Positions 49,694 through 59,200 of a stretch of DNA of 64,000 nt are shown here, one piece after another; the stretch's first letter is position 1; each line of letters starts with the position of its first letter. The stretch is from Thermodesulfobacteriota bacterium (GTDB lineage Bacteria; Desulfobacterota; Desulfomonilia; UBA1062). The translations under genes were made by a program, and so were the position numbers. The stretch is from contig DAITOA010000001.1 in assembly GCA_036834365.1 (NCBI GenBank), forward strand, positions 88,926 through 152,925, given 5' to 3'. Below the pieces are notes generated by a model. The model was not told the origin of the DNA and searched no databases. It worked only from the letters and a program-made list of their open reading frames with translations.

Positions 49694-50527
49694 ATGAACA
49701 ACGCCTTGAGCATCGATGTAGAGGAGTATTTCCAGATCCATGTGCTCTCCGGTATCATCCGTCAGGATCAGTGGAATCTCATGCCTTCGTTCGTGGAGGA
49801 CAATACCCTGAGGATCCTCGATCTTCTCGATAAGCACGGCATCAAGGCGACCTTTTTCTGCCTCGGGTGGATCGCGGAGCGTCATGGAGACCTCATCCGT
49901 CGGATGCATGAGAAGGGCCACGAGATCGCCTGCCACGGGTTCGCCCACCAGGTCATCTACGGGCAGGACCCTGCACGGTTCAAGGAAGACGTGACCAGGG
50001 CCAAGCAGGTCCTGGAAGACGCCACGGGCGTCCCGGTCATCGGCTACCGGGCACCCACCTACTCCATCACGGACAAGACCCTGTGGGCCATTAAGATCCT
50101 TGAGGATGCGGGATTCCTCTACGACTCGAGCATCTTTCCCATCTACCATGACAACTACGGCATCCCGGATGCCCCCCGGTTCCCCCACCGGCTCCAGGGG
50201 AGCACCCTGGTGGAGTTCCCCATCTCCACGCTCAAGATCGGACCCGTGAACATCCCCGTCTCAGGAGGGGGGTATTTCCGGCTGCTGCCCTACACACTCA
50301 CGAGGCTGGGGCTGAAGGAGGTCATGTCCGGCGGGAGGCCCTTCGTCTTCTACATCCATCCCTGGGAACTCAATCCCGATACCCCGCGGGTACCGGGCAT
50401 GCCAGTATTATCACGGTTCCGGACTTACATCGGCATCCGTTCCGCCAGGGCCAGGTTCGAGCGGCTCATCTCGGATTTCCGATTCGCCCCGATCCGGGAT
50501 GTCCTTGCTGAGCTCGGGCTCCTGTGA
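49694..50527 (+). CDS. Polysaccharide deacetylase family protein (DUF3473 type, resembling the PEP-CTERM/exosortase-locus subfamily)
   Basis: 'MNNALSIDVEEYFQ..' N-terminus and NodB-like 'HGIKATFFCLGWIAERHGDLIRRMHEKGHEIACHGFAHQ', with a DUF3473-like C-terminal region. Start chosen at the ATG at 49694. Confidence 0.6.
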   Translation: MNNALSIDVEEYFQIHVLSGIIRQDQWNLMPSFVEDNTLRILDLLDKHGIKATFFCLGWIAERHGDLIRRMHEKGHEIACHGFAHQVIYGQDPARFKEDVTRAKQVLEDATGVPVIGYRAPTYSITDKTLWAIKILEDAGFLYDSSIFPIYHDNYGIPDAPRFPHRLQGSTLVEFPISTLKIGPVNIPVSGGGYFRLLPYTLTRLGLKEVMSGGRPFVFYIHPWELNPDTPRVPGMPVLSRFRTYIGIRSARARFERLISDFRFAPIRDVLAELGLL

Positions 50528-50584
50528 GGAGGGTCCGGATACGTCATTCTTGACATCTTGTTTCGAAGCAAAGAAAAGACAGAA

Positions 50585-50659
50585 CCTGCTCAGGGAAGTA
50601 CATCTCGCGTCATTCGTTGAAAATCACGCTGTTTCGCGAGATGTACTTCCCTGAGCAGG
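50585..50659. repeat. Palindromic terminator-like element, copy B (25-bp perfect stem, 25-nt loop)
   Basis: CCTGCTCAGGGAAGTACATCTCGCG / loop tcattcgttgaaaatcacgctgttt / CGCGAGATGTACTTCCCTGAGCAGG. Lies between convergent genes with T-rich flanks on both sides. Confidence 0.9.
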
Positions 50660-50726
50660 CCATGTTTTCTCTTGTACAGCGTCCCAAGCAGAAGCTCAGA
50701 TGACTTGGCGCCGTGTCCATCTCCCT

Positions 50727-52715
50727 TCAGACACTCTTGAGGGCCTCGCGGGCCTCATCCCTGGTCTCGTAGATGTGCGGGGCGAGCCTCCGCTTGTTCA
50801 GCGCCTCCCCCAGCTTCATCCTGAGGAAGGTGTTGGTGGTGTAGCGGGTCACGCCGGAATAGAACTTCTTCACCACCCTGCGCACCATGGCCGTATAGTC
50901 GTCCACGAGCTCGGGGAGTATGTCGAAGTTGTCGTAGTTCACGATGGTATACACCTTCTTCCCCAGCGGCGAGCAGATGCCGGTGACCATGTCCTCGATG
51001 GCCTTGATGTCTCTGCGGCTCCTGATCTTGTGTCCCTCGAAGTTCACGAAGAAGAGGTTCTCCTCCGCATCATAGGTGAGCCGTTCCGCCAGGCTCAGCT
51101 CGGTCATGTCGTCCCGCAGGGACATGGGCGCCGTCCGGAAGATGCGCTCGTCCATGGTGCGGGGCGTTCCCCTGATGACCGGGGTGAAGTCCATGCGTGA
51201 GAGGACATCGCGTTCGATGTCGATGCCCGGAGCGACCTCGATGAGCTCGAGGCCGTCCCTTCCCAGGGAGAACACGCACCGCTCGGTGATGTAGAAGACC
51301 GGCTGGTTCTTCATCAGGGCATAGCGCCCGCTGAAGGTGACCTGCTCCACCTGGTGGAGGAACTTCCTCCCGGTGCCTTCCTGGTCGATGACGAGCCCCC
51401 GGTCTTTGACCGAGACCCTGAGCCCGCCCGCGGTGAAGGTCCCCGTGAAGACGACCTTCCTGGCGTTCTGGCTGATGTTGATGAACCCCCCGCAGCCGGC
51501 GAGCCGCTCTCCGAACCTGCTCACGTTGGTGTTGCCTTCCCGGTCCGCCTGGGCCAGCCCCAGGAAGCAGCAGTCCAGCCCGCCGCCGTCGTAGAAGTCG
51601 AACTGGTTCGGCTGGTCGATGATGGCCTCGGGGTTTGTGGAGGCCCCGAAGCTTAAGCCGCCGGCAGGCATGCCCCCGATGGTGCCGGGCTCTGCGGTCA
51701 GGGTGATGTACTCCAGAATCCGCTCCTCGTTGGCCACCCTGGCCACCCCTTCGGGCATGCCGATGCCCAGGTTGATGATGCTGTTGCCCTTGAGCTCCAT
51801 GGCGGCCCTGCGGGCGATGATCTTGCGCGCCCCCATCTCCATGGGAGGCAGCGACTGCATGGGTATCTTGACCTCGGCGCTGTAGGCCGGGTTCGACCGC
51901 TCGGCGAACGTCGTCCAGTGGTTCTCGGGCCGGGAGACCACCACGCAGTCCACCAGGATGCCCGGGATTCTGACCTGACGTGCACTGAGGGTCCCTCTCT
52001 CGGCGACACGCTCCACCTGTGCGATGACGAAGCCTCCCGAGTTTTTGGCCGCCATGGCCATGGACAGCGTCTCGATGGTGAGCGCCTCCTTCTCCATGGT
52101 GATGTTGCCGTCGGTATCGGCGGTGGTGCCCCGGATAACGGCCACGTTGATGGGGAAGGTCCTGTAGGCGAGATACTCAGTCCCGTCGAAGGAGACGAGC
52201 TCCACCAGGTCCTCGGTGGTGACCTCGTTCACCTTGCCCCCGCCGAAACGGGGATCGATGTAGGTGTACAGGCCCACGGTGGTGATGGTCCGGGGCTTGT
52301 GTGCCGCGATGTCCCGGAACATGTGGGAGATCACGCCCTGGGGGAGGTTGTAGGCCTCGATCCTGTTCTCCATGGCAAGCCTGCCCAGCTTCGGGGCAAG
52401 ACCCCAGTGGCCTCCCACGACCCGTTTCACCAGTCCCTCGTGGGCCAGGTGGTTGAGTCCACGATCCTTGCCGTCGCCCTGCCCTGCGGCATAGACCAGG
52501 GCAAGGTTCCTCGGCCTGCCCGTGGCAAGGAAGTGCTCCTCCAGGCTTGACAGGATCTCCTCGGGGACGCCGATGCCCACGAACCCTCCGGTAGCCACCG
52601 TGTCGCCGTCATGGATGGCCTGGACCGCCTCCTGGGCGGATACGACCTTGCCTCTGCGCATCCGCGAGGGCGGCCAGGTGGAGAGCATGGGGTGCAACGA
52701 TCCGCGTTTCGCCAT
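50727..52715 (-). CDS. Family I CoA-transferase with fused alpha/beta subunits (acyl-CoA:acetate/3-ketoacid CoA-transferase-like)
   Basis: 662 aa. '[31 protein letters not shown]' (subunit A-like) followed by a subunit B-like region. Confidence 0.65.
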   Translation of the reverse strand: MAKRGSLHPMLSTWPPSRMRRGKVVSAQEAVQAIHDGDTVATGGFVGIGVPEEILSSLEEHFLATGRPRNLALVYAAGQGDGKDRGLNHLAHEGLVKRVVGGHWGLAPKLGRLAMENRIEAYNLPQGVISHMFRDIAAHKPRTITTVGLYTYIDPRFGGGKVNEVTTEDLVELVSFDGTEYLAYRTFPINVAVIRGTTADTDGNITMEKEALTIETLSMAMAAKNSGGFVIAQVERVAERGTLSARQVRIPGILVDCVVVSRPENHWTTFAERSNPAYSAEVKIPMQSLPPMEMGARKIIARRAAMELKGNSIINLGIGMPEGVARVANEERILEYITLTAEPGTIGGMPAGGLSFGASTNPEAIIDQPNQFDFYDGGGLDCCFLGLAQADREGNTNVSRFGERLAGCGGFINISQNARKVVFTGTFTAGGLRVSVKDRGLVIDQEGTGRKFLHQVEQVTFSGRYALMKNQPVFYITERCVFSLGRDGLELIEVAPGIDIERDVLSRMDFTPVIRGTPRTMDERIFRTAPMSLRDDMTELSLAERLTYDAEENLFFVNFEGHKIRSRRDIKAIEDMVTGICSPLGKKVYTIVNYDNFDILPELVDDYTAMVRRVVKKFYSGVTRYTTNTFLRMKLGEALNKRRLAPHIYETRDEAREALKSV

Positions 52716-52810
52716 GGCAGACCTCCCTTCAATGAATCCTGGGAAAAATGAACAATATACACATTAATAGGGAATTGTACCCCTGCATCAAGGGGATCGG
52801 CAGCCCTCGG

Positions 52811-53509
52811 TTACTTTTTCCCCCGCAATTCGTTCATGAGGTCCATCTGAACCTCCTGGATCTCCACGAGGCGCTGCCACTGGTGGGAGATGAGGTGATC
52901 GAGCTTCTGGTGCAGGTGGCGTATCTCCAGCTCGGCCTTCAGGTTCACCTGGTAATCGTGCATTGCACGGTCCCGGTCCCGTGCCTCCTGGCGATTCTGA
53001 CTCATCATGATGATGGGCGCCTGGATAGCGGCGAGGCATGAGAGGACCAGATTCAGGAGGATATAGGGGTACGGATCGAAGGGGCGAGCGGCAATGAGAA
53101 AAGAATTGACGGCCATCCAGCACACGATGACCAGAAAGAAGATGGTAATGAAGGTCCAGCTCCCACCGAAATCCGCGATCCGGTCCGCAAGGCGATCCCC
53201 GAGATTCAAGTGGGATTCAAAGTCAATGGTGGGATTTCTGGAAAGGATATCCTGCTCCTTCAGGCTTTCGAGCACCTCGCGCTCTATCTCCGTAATTTCC
53301 CCTTTCTCGGTTTCAAGGAGCTCTTCCACATACCTGTTGCGGTATCTTTCCAGGTCCCTGGTGCAGATCCATCCGTTCTCGTCCCAGGCGCCATGATCCC
53401 GCCTGATCAATTCTCCAAGAACGGGCCTGACTATGATACCGGGTCTCAGCTCTGCATGTGCCGTGGCGCCGCAGATCTGACAGACATGACTCTGTTCGGT
53501 TTTCTTCAC
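52811..53509 (-). CDS. DUF1003-family membrane protein with N-terminal Cys-rich segment
   Basis: 'FGGSWTFITIFFLVIVCWMAVN' matches the DUF1003 core; N-terminus 'CQICGATAHAE..WICTRD'. Terminal gene of the arn-containing operon. Confidence 0.5.
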   Translation of the reverse strand: MKKTEQSHVCQICGATAHAELRPGIIVRPVLGELIRRDHGAWDENGWICTRDLERYRNRYVEELLETEKGEITEIEREVLESLKEQDILSRNPTIDFESHLNLGDRLADRIADFGGSWTFITIFFLVIVCWMAVNSFLIAARPFDPYPYILLNLVLSCLAAIQAPIIMMSQNRQEARDRDRAMHDYQVNLKAELEIRHLHQKLDHLISHQWQRLVEIQEVQMDLMNELRGKK

Positions 53510-53573
53510 CTCATACCCCCTCGTTTGTTTTCCGCGTATACTCGCCTGCAGTCCCGCCGGTTCCCGGAATTGA

Positions 53574-54158
53574 TTATGAAGGATGAACGGATGTATTCCC
53601 CGTACGCCTCTTCATGATAATCGAATGCAGCACCCACACCACCATGCCGGTCATGATGATGAACCCTGCCAGGAGTGCCTCATACTTTTTGATGTGCTGG
53701 AGGACAAGTCCGGCCGCATGGCCGAAGACATAACCAAGACAGGCTATGACAAGGGCCCAGGCAAATCCGCCGACACAGTTGTATGCCATGAACTTCCACG
53801 GAGAAATGCCGCTTGCCCCGATGAGAAACGGGGTGACGGTGCGTATCCCGTAGATGAATCTGAAGAGGAGGATCACCGCCGTCTGGTTGCGCCGCATCAG
53901 GGAGAGGACACGCGTCGATTTGGCCTTCCAGGAGCGATGGGAATCGAGATAGGCGATCCCCTTTTTTCTTCCCATGAAGAAATAGAGCTGGTCTCCGGCA
54001 AAGGTGCCCAGGAATGCAGACAGGACGACGAAGGAGAACGAGAGGTAGCCCTGGTGAGAAAGGAACCCGGCCATCACCAGGACGGTCTCACCCTCGAAGA
54101 AGGTTCCCACGAGGATGATCGCATACCCGTAATGGATGATGAACGTCTCGATACCCAT
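53574..54158 (-). CDS. DedA-family membrane protein
   Basis: 'LVGTFFEGETVLVMAGFLSHQGYLS..FLGTFAGDQLYFFMGRKKG' is the DedA signature (E..G and G.R motifs). Confidence 0.85.
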   Translation of the reverse strand: MGIETFIIHYGYAIILVGTFFEGETVLVMAGFLSHQGYLSFSFVVLSAFLGTFAGDQLYFFMGRKKGIAYLDSHRSWKAKSTRVLSLMRRNQTAVILLFRFIYGIRTVTPFLIGASGISPWKFMAYNCVGGFAWALVIACLGYVFGHAAGLVLQHIKKYEALLAGFIIMTGMVVWVLHSIIMKRRTGNTSVHPS

Positions 54159-54234
54159 AATGATTCAGTGCATGATCCCGTCAAAACCGGCGCAGTATTC
54201 CGGGATGATACCATGAGGTACGCCCTGGATGAAC

Positions 54235-55824
54235 TCAAATCTCGTCATTGATGCGATAGATAAAGTACACCTTCCTCTCGGTCTTGATCGTCTCTTGCAA
54301 GTGCTGATTCCGGAAGCGGTCTTCGAGGTTTTTCTCCGACAGCAGGATGAAGGCGTCATCCCTGCCGGCCATGACGCTTAGCTGCTCTTCCTTCAGCGGT
54401 CTGACGGCCCTGCCTGAGGCCCAGACGATCTCGGGGGGGAGGTCTCCCAGGGAGTAGAAGGCCTTTTCCCTGTACTCCGGGACGGTTCTGAGGTGCATGA
54501 ACGGAGCCGCCTCATCCTGTCCGAGCCGTTCAGCGACCACCGGCGGGAGGAGGACGATGCCGAGGCAGATGCCAGCAACGGCGATCAGGAAGCTCCTCTC
54601 GGTGCGCTGTCTCCAATACAAGTAAATGAGCACCCCGCCGGTACACGCAAGGAGAACGGCCCCGGGCAGAGCAATCAGCCTGTTCCGGGAGAAGTGGACG
54701 AGCACCCCGGCACCGGCGATCAATGCCGTTCCGGTCACGATGGAGAAGGCCCCGTACACGATCTTCCTGACAGTCCCCGATGCCGCCTTGAGATACCCGA
54801 TCGATAGTGCCGAGACGACGGCACCCGGCACGACGGCAGGCAGGAGGTAACGGACCTTTTTCTCCGGGAAGACCGTTATGAAGATGATGGTGAGGATGAA
54901 CCAGAAGACGAAGAGCTTCTCCCCGGGCTTCCAGTCTTTTTTGATAAAGGGAGCCGCGAGGCCGTGGAAGAGAAAGAAGACCCAGACGCCCACGATCTCC
55001 TGGAGGTGGAGCAGGTAGTACCACAGGGGCTCGGTATGGTTCGTGAACCACCCCGTGGATTCCCTCGATGCCACCGCAGCCGCGGCGTGGGGGGTGTTCA
55101 GGTACACATACACCGGCCATGCAGCCGATATGACCGCACAGAAGAGAAAGGACCACAGGAGCCCCCACCGGGTATCACGCAGGTCCTTCAGGCCGAAGGC
55201 GATGATGTAGCTGATCAGGAAGGGCGCCAGCATGACCCAGAAGGGCACGGGTCCTTTGCTGTAGAAGGCGAAGGCCATAAGCACCGAAAACAGGACAAGG
55301 TAGAAAGGCCTGCCCCGCTTGCTCAGGAAGGTCTCGGCCAGCGCCCAGACCGCGCCGGTCATGAACGAGATGGAAAAGATGTCCCAGGCGTTCTTGCGGG
55401 CCGAGAGCATGAACAGGTAGCTCGTGGCGAGGACGAGCAGCGAGGTCAGGGCAATGTCCCTGTCTCCGGTGATCCGCCTCACAAGGAGGTAGGTGAAAAC
55501 AGCCAGAAGCAGAGCCGATATGCCCGACGGGATCCTGTTCACTGTGAGGTCGGCGTCGGTGCCCGCCCACTGCATGAACACGGCGGTGATCCACGTGGGC
55601 AGGGGCGGTTTGGCGATCCTGAGCTCACCGTTCATGGTGGGCAGCAGCCAGGATCCTCCCGCGGTCATTTCGCGCGCCGTAATGAAGTTCCTGGCCTCCA
55701 TGACGTTTACGGGAACGATGTTGCCGTAGAGGAAGATGGTGATGAAGAGGACGACAGCGACGAACAGTGCCCCTTTGTTTATCCGGGGACAGGGCGGTTT
55801 CAGAAGGATTCCCCTGTCGAACAT
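54235..55824 (-). CDS. arnT: ArnT-like undecaprenyl-phosphate-Ara4N transferase (GT83/GT39-type), copy 1
   Basis: 'FITAREMTAGGSWLLPTMNGELRIAKPPLPTWITAVFMQWAGT' aligns with the E. coli ArnT N-terminal region. About 13 TM helices. Start chosen at the ATG at 55824. Confidence 0.7.
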   Translation of the reverse strand: MFDRGILLKPPCPRINKGALFVAVVLFITIFLYGNIVPVNVMEARNFITAREMTAGGSWLLPTMNGELRIAKPPLPTWITAVFMQWAGTDADLTVNRIPSGISALLLAVFTYLLVRRITGDRDIALTSLLVLATSYLFMLSARKNAWDIFSISFMTGAVWALAETFLSKRGRPFYLVLFSVLMAFAFYSKGPVPFWVMLAPFLISYIIAFGLKDLRDTRWGLLWSFLFCAVISAAWPVYVYLNTPHAAAAVASRESTGWFTNHTEPLWYYLLHLQEIVGVWVFFLFHGLAAPFIKKDWKPGEKLFVFWFILTIIFITVFPEKKVRYLLPAVVPGAVVSALSIGYLKAASGTVRKIVYGAFSIVTGTALIAGAGVLVHFSRNRLIALPGAVLLACTGGVLIYLYWRQRTERSFLIAVAGICLGIVLLPPVVAERLGQDEAAPFMHLRTVPEYREKAFYSLGDLPPEIVWASGRAVRPLKEEQLSVMAGRDDAFILLSEKNLEDRFRNQHLQETIKTERKVYFIYRINDEI

Positions 55825-55825
55825 G

Positions 55826-56530
55826 TCACTCGGCTCCGGAGTTTCTGACAGTGGCGGGAAACCATTTTCCAAGCAGTTTCCTGGAAAAAACGGACATGAC
55901 CAGGAGTGCAGTGGCAAGGGCGATCTGCTGGAGGTTTCCCTTGACCCCGCCGCTGCCGAACGTGGCGAAGACAGCTGCCAGGGGGATGAACCCGAGGAGG
56001 GATCCGAGCATGAAATCCCGGAAGGACACCCTGCAGCTCCCGCAGAGCAGGCTCATGAGCGTCGAGTTGGAAAAGGGGAAGAGCCTCCCGTAGAGCACCC
56101 ACCAGAAGGCGTTCTCCTGGAATCGTGTCTGCCAGATCCTCAAGGTGCCGCCCACTCTCCGCTCCACCACCCCGGCAAGCATGGACTTCCCGGCGCCGTA
56201 GAGGATCGAGGCCCCCAGAAGAGATGCGAAGAGGGACAGGAGCGTGCCCATAGCCGCGCCGTAGATGATCCCGCCCACGGCGCTCGCCCAGAGGCGGGGA
56301 ATACCGGCAGCGATGAGCCCTCCCCAGATGAGGGTAAAGAGGAAGGCGGAGAACAGAAGGCCGGGGCCGCCATGGCCGCCCTTGAGGGTTTCCCGCATGC
56401 CCTGGATATCGAAGAGATATTCCCGGACCCCGGGACTTCCCAGGAGAACCGCCATGGCAGTGAAAAGGACCGCCAGGAAGACAACGCGGCCGATGTCCTT
56501 GGCCAGCTGCTTATTGATTGTCAGACCCAT
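55826..56530 (-). CDS. TVP38/TMEM64 (DedA-related) family membrane protein
   Basis: 234 aa and multi-pass. 'GIPRLWASAVGGIIYGAAMGTLLSLFASLLGASILYGAGK'. Confidence 0.5.
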   Translation of the reverse strand: MGLTINKQLAKDIGRVVFLAVLFTAMAVLLGSPGVREYLFDIQGMRETLKGGHGGPGLLFSAFLFTLIWGGLIAAGIPRLWASAVGGIIYGAAMGTLLSLFASLLGASILYGAGKSMLAGVVERRVGGTLRIWQTRFQENAFWWVLYGRLFPFSNSTLMSLLCGSCRVSFRDFMLGSLLGFIPLAAVFATFGSGGVKGNLQQIALATALLVMSVFSRKLLGKWFPATVRNSGAE

Positions 56531-57266
56531 TCTTCTCCGTCACCGTGTACCTCAGAGCCCTCTTCCTCAGCCAGAAGACACCTGCCAGGTCGGCAAGGCC
56601 CACCCAGAGCCTGCTGTTGATCCCGCCGCCGTACTTGCTCGTGCCGTGTTCCCGCACCCGGTGGTTCACCGGGGTCTCCGCCACGGTGAACCCGGCCATG
56701 ATGAACAGGGCCGGGAAGAACCGGTGGGCGTTCCTGAAGAACCGGATGCGCTCTAGGCATGTGCGGCGGAACACGCGCACCGAGCACCCCACGTCCGTGA
56801 TGTTGTCCTTGAGCACCGAGGAGCGTACCGTATTTGCGATCCTGCTGGACATGCGGCGTACAAAATTGTCGGCCCGTCTCCGCCTGATGCCGCACATCAT
56901 GTCCACGCCCCGCTTGTCCATCTCCTCGAACAGGTGGAGGATGTCACGGGGGTCGTTCTGTCCGTCGCCGTCCAGGGTGGCTATGTACTCGCCCTGTGCC
57001 GCACGGAACCCGGCCTCCAGGGCGGCGGACTGGCCGCTGTTGGGATGGAGATGTATGGCCCGGAAGTTATCATGTGTCCGTGCAAGACCGTCCATGATCG
57101 CGGATGTCCCGTCCGTGGATCCGTCGTCCACCATGACGAGTTCCCATGCAAGGCTCCCGTGGGAGGACAGGATCTCCAGTACTTCCTTGCAGACGGCCTC
57201 CAGGGACTCGGCCTCGTTGTAGAACGGGATGACGATGCTCAAGACCATGGGTTTCACTGTCATCAT
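56511..57266 (-). CDS. GT2 polyprenyl-phosphate sugar transferase (second ArnC/DPM1-like glycosyltransferase)
   Basis: 'MVLSIVIPFYNEAESLEAVCKEVLEIL..ELVMVDDGSTDGTS' and a DxD-type 'IATLDGDGQNDP'. About 250 aa with no C-terminal TM helices. Start at the ATG at 57266, with GGAGA upstream. Confidence 0.7.
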   Translation of the reverse strand: MMTVKPMVLSIVIPFYNEAESLEAVCKEVLEILSSHGSLAWELVMVDDGSTDGTSAIMDGLARTHDNFRAIHLHPNSGQSAALEAGFRAAQGEYIATLDGDGQNDPRDILHLFEEMDKRGVDMMCGIRRRRADNFVRRMSSRIANTVRSSVLKDNITDVGCSVRVFRRTCLERIRFFRNAHRFFPALFIMAGFTVAETPVNHRVREHGTSKYGGGINSRLWVGLADLAGVFWLRKRALRYTVTEKNGSDNQ

Positions 57267-57321
57267 AGTCTTCTCCATATATCCGATCGCCATGCATGAC
57301 AATACACCATATTCGTCAGGC

Positions 57322-58176
57322 TTAGACCGCACACTTGAAGGCGCGGCCCGGCAGCAGACCCATGGTGAGAGGCCGGACAGGGAGAGTGCCGCGGTCAAGG
57401 GACAGGGCGATTTCTTCCAGCGTACGGATCCGATAGCCCAGCCTTACGGCAAGGTTCAGGATCTGTTCGAACACCTCGCTGCACATCATGCCCTCGACCT
57501 CTGCATGAACGGGCAGGACCTGGGGAAAAGGGTCGGATGACCGCTGCTTCAGGGAGTCCATGACACCCTCCGCTCCCACCTCCTCGATGCAGGGCAGGTT
57601 GGAGGGGATTTCCAGCATGCCGTTCTCTAAAAAGATGAAAGGGGAACGCGCCCGGGTGCAGCTGAGATATGCCAGGTCGAAACGTGCGGCGATCGCGAGG
57701 GAGCGTTCATCCATCATCCAGCTGGGTGCGCCGAAGGCCTTGGGTTTCTTGCCTGTAACATGGATGTATGCAGCCACCATCTTTTGAAACCATGTCTCAA
57801 TGGACCGCCGGGTCATGAGAAAGAGCCAGTCCTGCCATAGACGGTGGTCCCAGGCATGGCAGGCGACCTCGTGACCTTTATGCAGGAGGTCCCTGATCGT
57901 GTCCGGGAAGGCAAGCCCGATCATGGGGGCCTTCAGGACCGTGCCGTACAGTGCGGTCTTCCACCCGTAGAGCCCCGGGGCATTGGTGCGGATCATCTTT
58001 TTTAAAAAGGCCGGACGGAGGAGCTGGAGTACGGCCAGTCCGGACCGGTCGGGGCCGAAGCTGATGAAAAAGCTCGCCCTCAGCCCGTGTTCGTCAAGGG
58101 TGCGGGTAATGAGGGGCACACCCTCCTTCATGCCTCTGAAGGTGTCCACGTCGACCTTGAGGATCAGATCAGGCAT
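57322..58176 (-). CDS. arnD: 4-deoxy-4-formamido-L-arabinose-phosphoundecaprenol deformylase
   Basis: 'LILKVDVDTFRGMKEGVPLITRTLDEHGLRASFFISFGPDRSGL..GHEVACHAWDHRLWQ' is closely similar to E. coli ArnD. ATG at 58176 overlaps the upstream stop. Confidence 0.85.
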   Translation of the reverse strand: MPDLILKVDVDTFRGMKEGVPLITRTLDEHGLRASFFISFGPDRSGLAVLQLLRPAFLKKMIRTNAPGLYGWKTALYGTVLKAPMIGLAFPDTIRDLLHKGHEVACHAWDHRLWQDWLFLMTRRSIETWFQKMVAAYIHVTGKKPKAFGAPSWMMDERSLAIAARFDLAYLSCTRARSPFIFLENGMLEIPSNLPCIEEVGAEGVMDSLKQRSSDPFPQVLPVHAEVEGMMCSEVFEQILNLAVRLGYRIRTLEEIALSLDRGTLPVRPLTMGLLPGRAFKCAV

Positions 58177-59200
58177 CGGTTGAGGCTGTCTCCTCCAGGA
58201 AGCTGTCCAGTGTCCGCTTGAGGGCGTCGTCAAGGGGCACCTTCGGAGCCCACCCAAGCATTTCCTGTGCGTTTTGAATGGAAGGGACCCGGGTCTGGAT
58301 GTCCTGGTACCCCTTACCGTAGAATTCGCCGGACGACTTGTACAGGATCTCCGAATACGATCCGTCTCCGCTGTGCATAGGATGCCGCCTGAACAGGTCC
58401 AGGAGTTTGTAGGCCAGGTCCTTGATGGTGATGTTGTTGGCGGGATTCCCGATGTTGAAGATCTGCTTGCTGGCACGGCCGCTCTCGTTGTGCAGGATCT
58501 TCATGAGAGCTTCCATGCCGTCGTCGATGTAGGTGAAGGACCTGCTCTGCATGCCTCCGTCCACCAGTGCGATGGGTGATCTGAATACCATGGATGCAAT
58601 GAACTGGGTGACCACGCGCGAAGAACCCTCCTTGGCCGTCTCCAGGGAATCGAGCCTCGGGCCGATCCAGTTGAATGGCCTGATCAGGGTGAAGTCGAGC
58701 TCGCCCCGCTCTCCGTAGGCCCAGATGACCCGGTCCAGAAGCTGCTTGGAGCACGAGTAGATCCAACGCTGCATGGGGATCGGACCCAGAATGAGGGGAG
58801 AAGTATATTCGTCGAAGCTCTCGTCCGTGCACATGCCGTAGACCTCCGAGGTGGAGGGGAAGATCACCCGCTTGCCGTACTTCACGCACTGCCTGATGAT
58901 CCGCAGGTTCTCCTCGAAGTCCAGCTCGAAGACGCTCAGGGGCCGCTCCACATAGGTCTTGGGGGTGGCAATGGCGACCAGGGGCAGGACCACGTCGCAT
59001 TTCTTGATGTGATACTCGATCCATTCCTTGTTGATGGCGATATCGCCTTCTATGTAGTGGAACCGCGGGTCGCCCATGACGCCCTTGAGCTTCTGGTCGC
59101 CCAGGTCCATACCGTAGACGTGCCAGTCCGAGTCTCTCATGATCCGTTCGCTCAGGTGCGAACCGATGAAACCGTTCACGCCCAGGATGAGCACATTCAT
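58169..59200 (-). CDS. arnA: UDP-glucuronate oxidative decarboxylase domain of ArnA, encoded as a separate gene
   Basis: 'MNVLILGVNGFIGSHLSERIMRDSDWHVYGMD..KCDVVLPLVAIATP..FELDFEENLRIIRQCVKYGKRVIFPSTSEVYGMC' is collinear with the E. coli ArnA C-terminal domain. Confidence 0.88.
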   Translation of the reverse strand: MNVLILGVNGFIGSHLSERIMRDSDWHVYGMDLGDQKLKGVMGDPRFHYIEGDIAINKEWIEYHIKKCDVVLPLVAIATPKTYVERPLSVFELDFEENLRIIRQCVKYGKRVIFPSTSEVYGMCTDESFDEYTSPLILGPIPMQRWIYSCSKQLLDRVIWAYGERGELDFTLIRPFNWIGPRLDSLETAKEGSSRVVTQFIASMVFRSPIALVDGGMQSRSFTYIDDGMEALMKILHNESGRASKQIFNIGNPANNITIKDLAYKLLDLFRRHPMHSGDGSYSEILYKSSGEFYGKGYQDIQTRVPSIQNAQEMLGWAPKVPLDDALKRTLDSFLEETASTDA

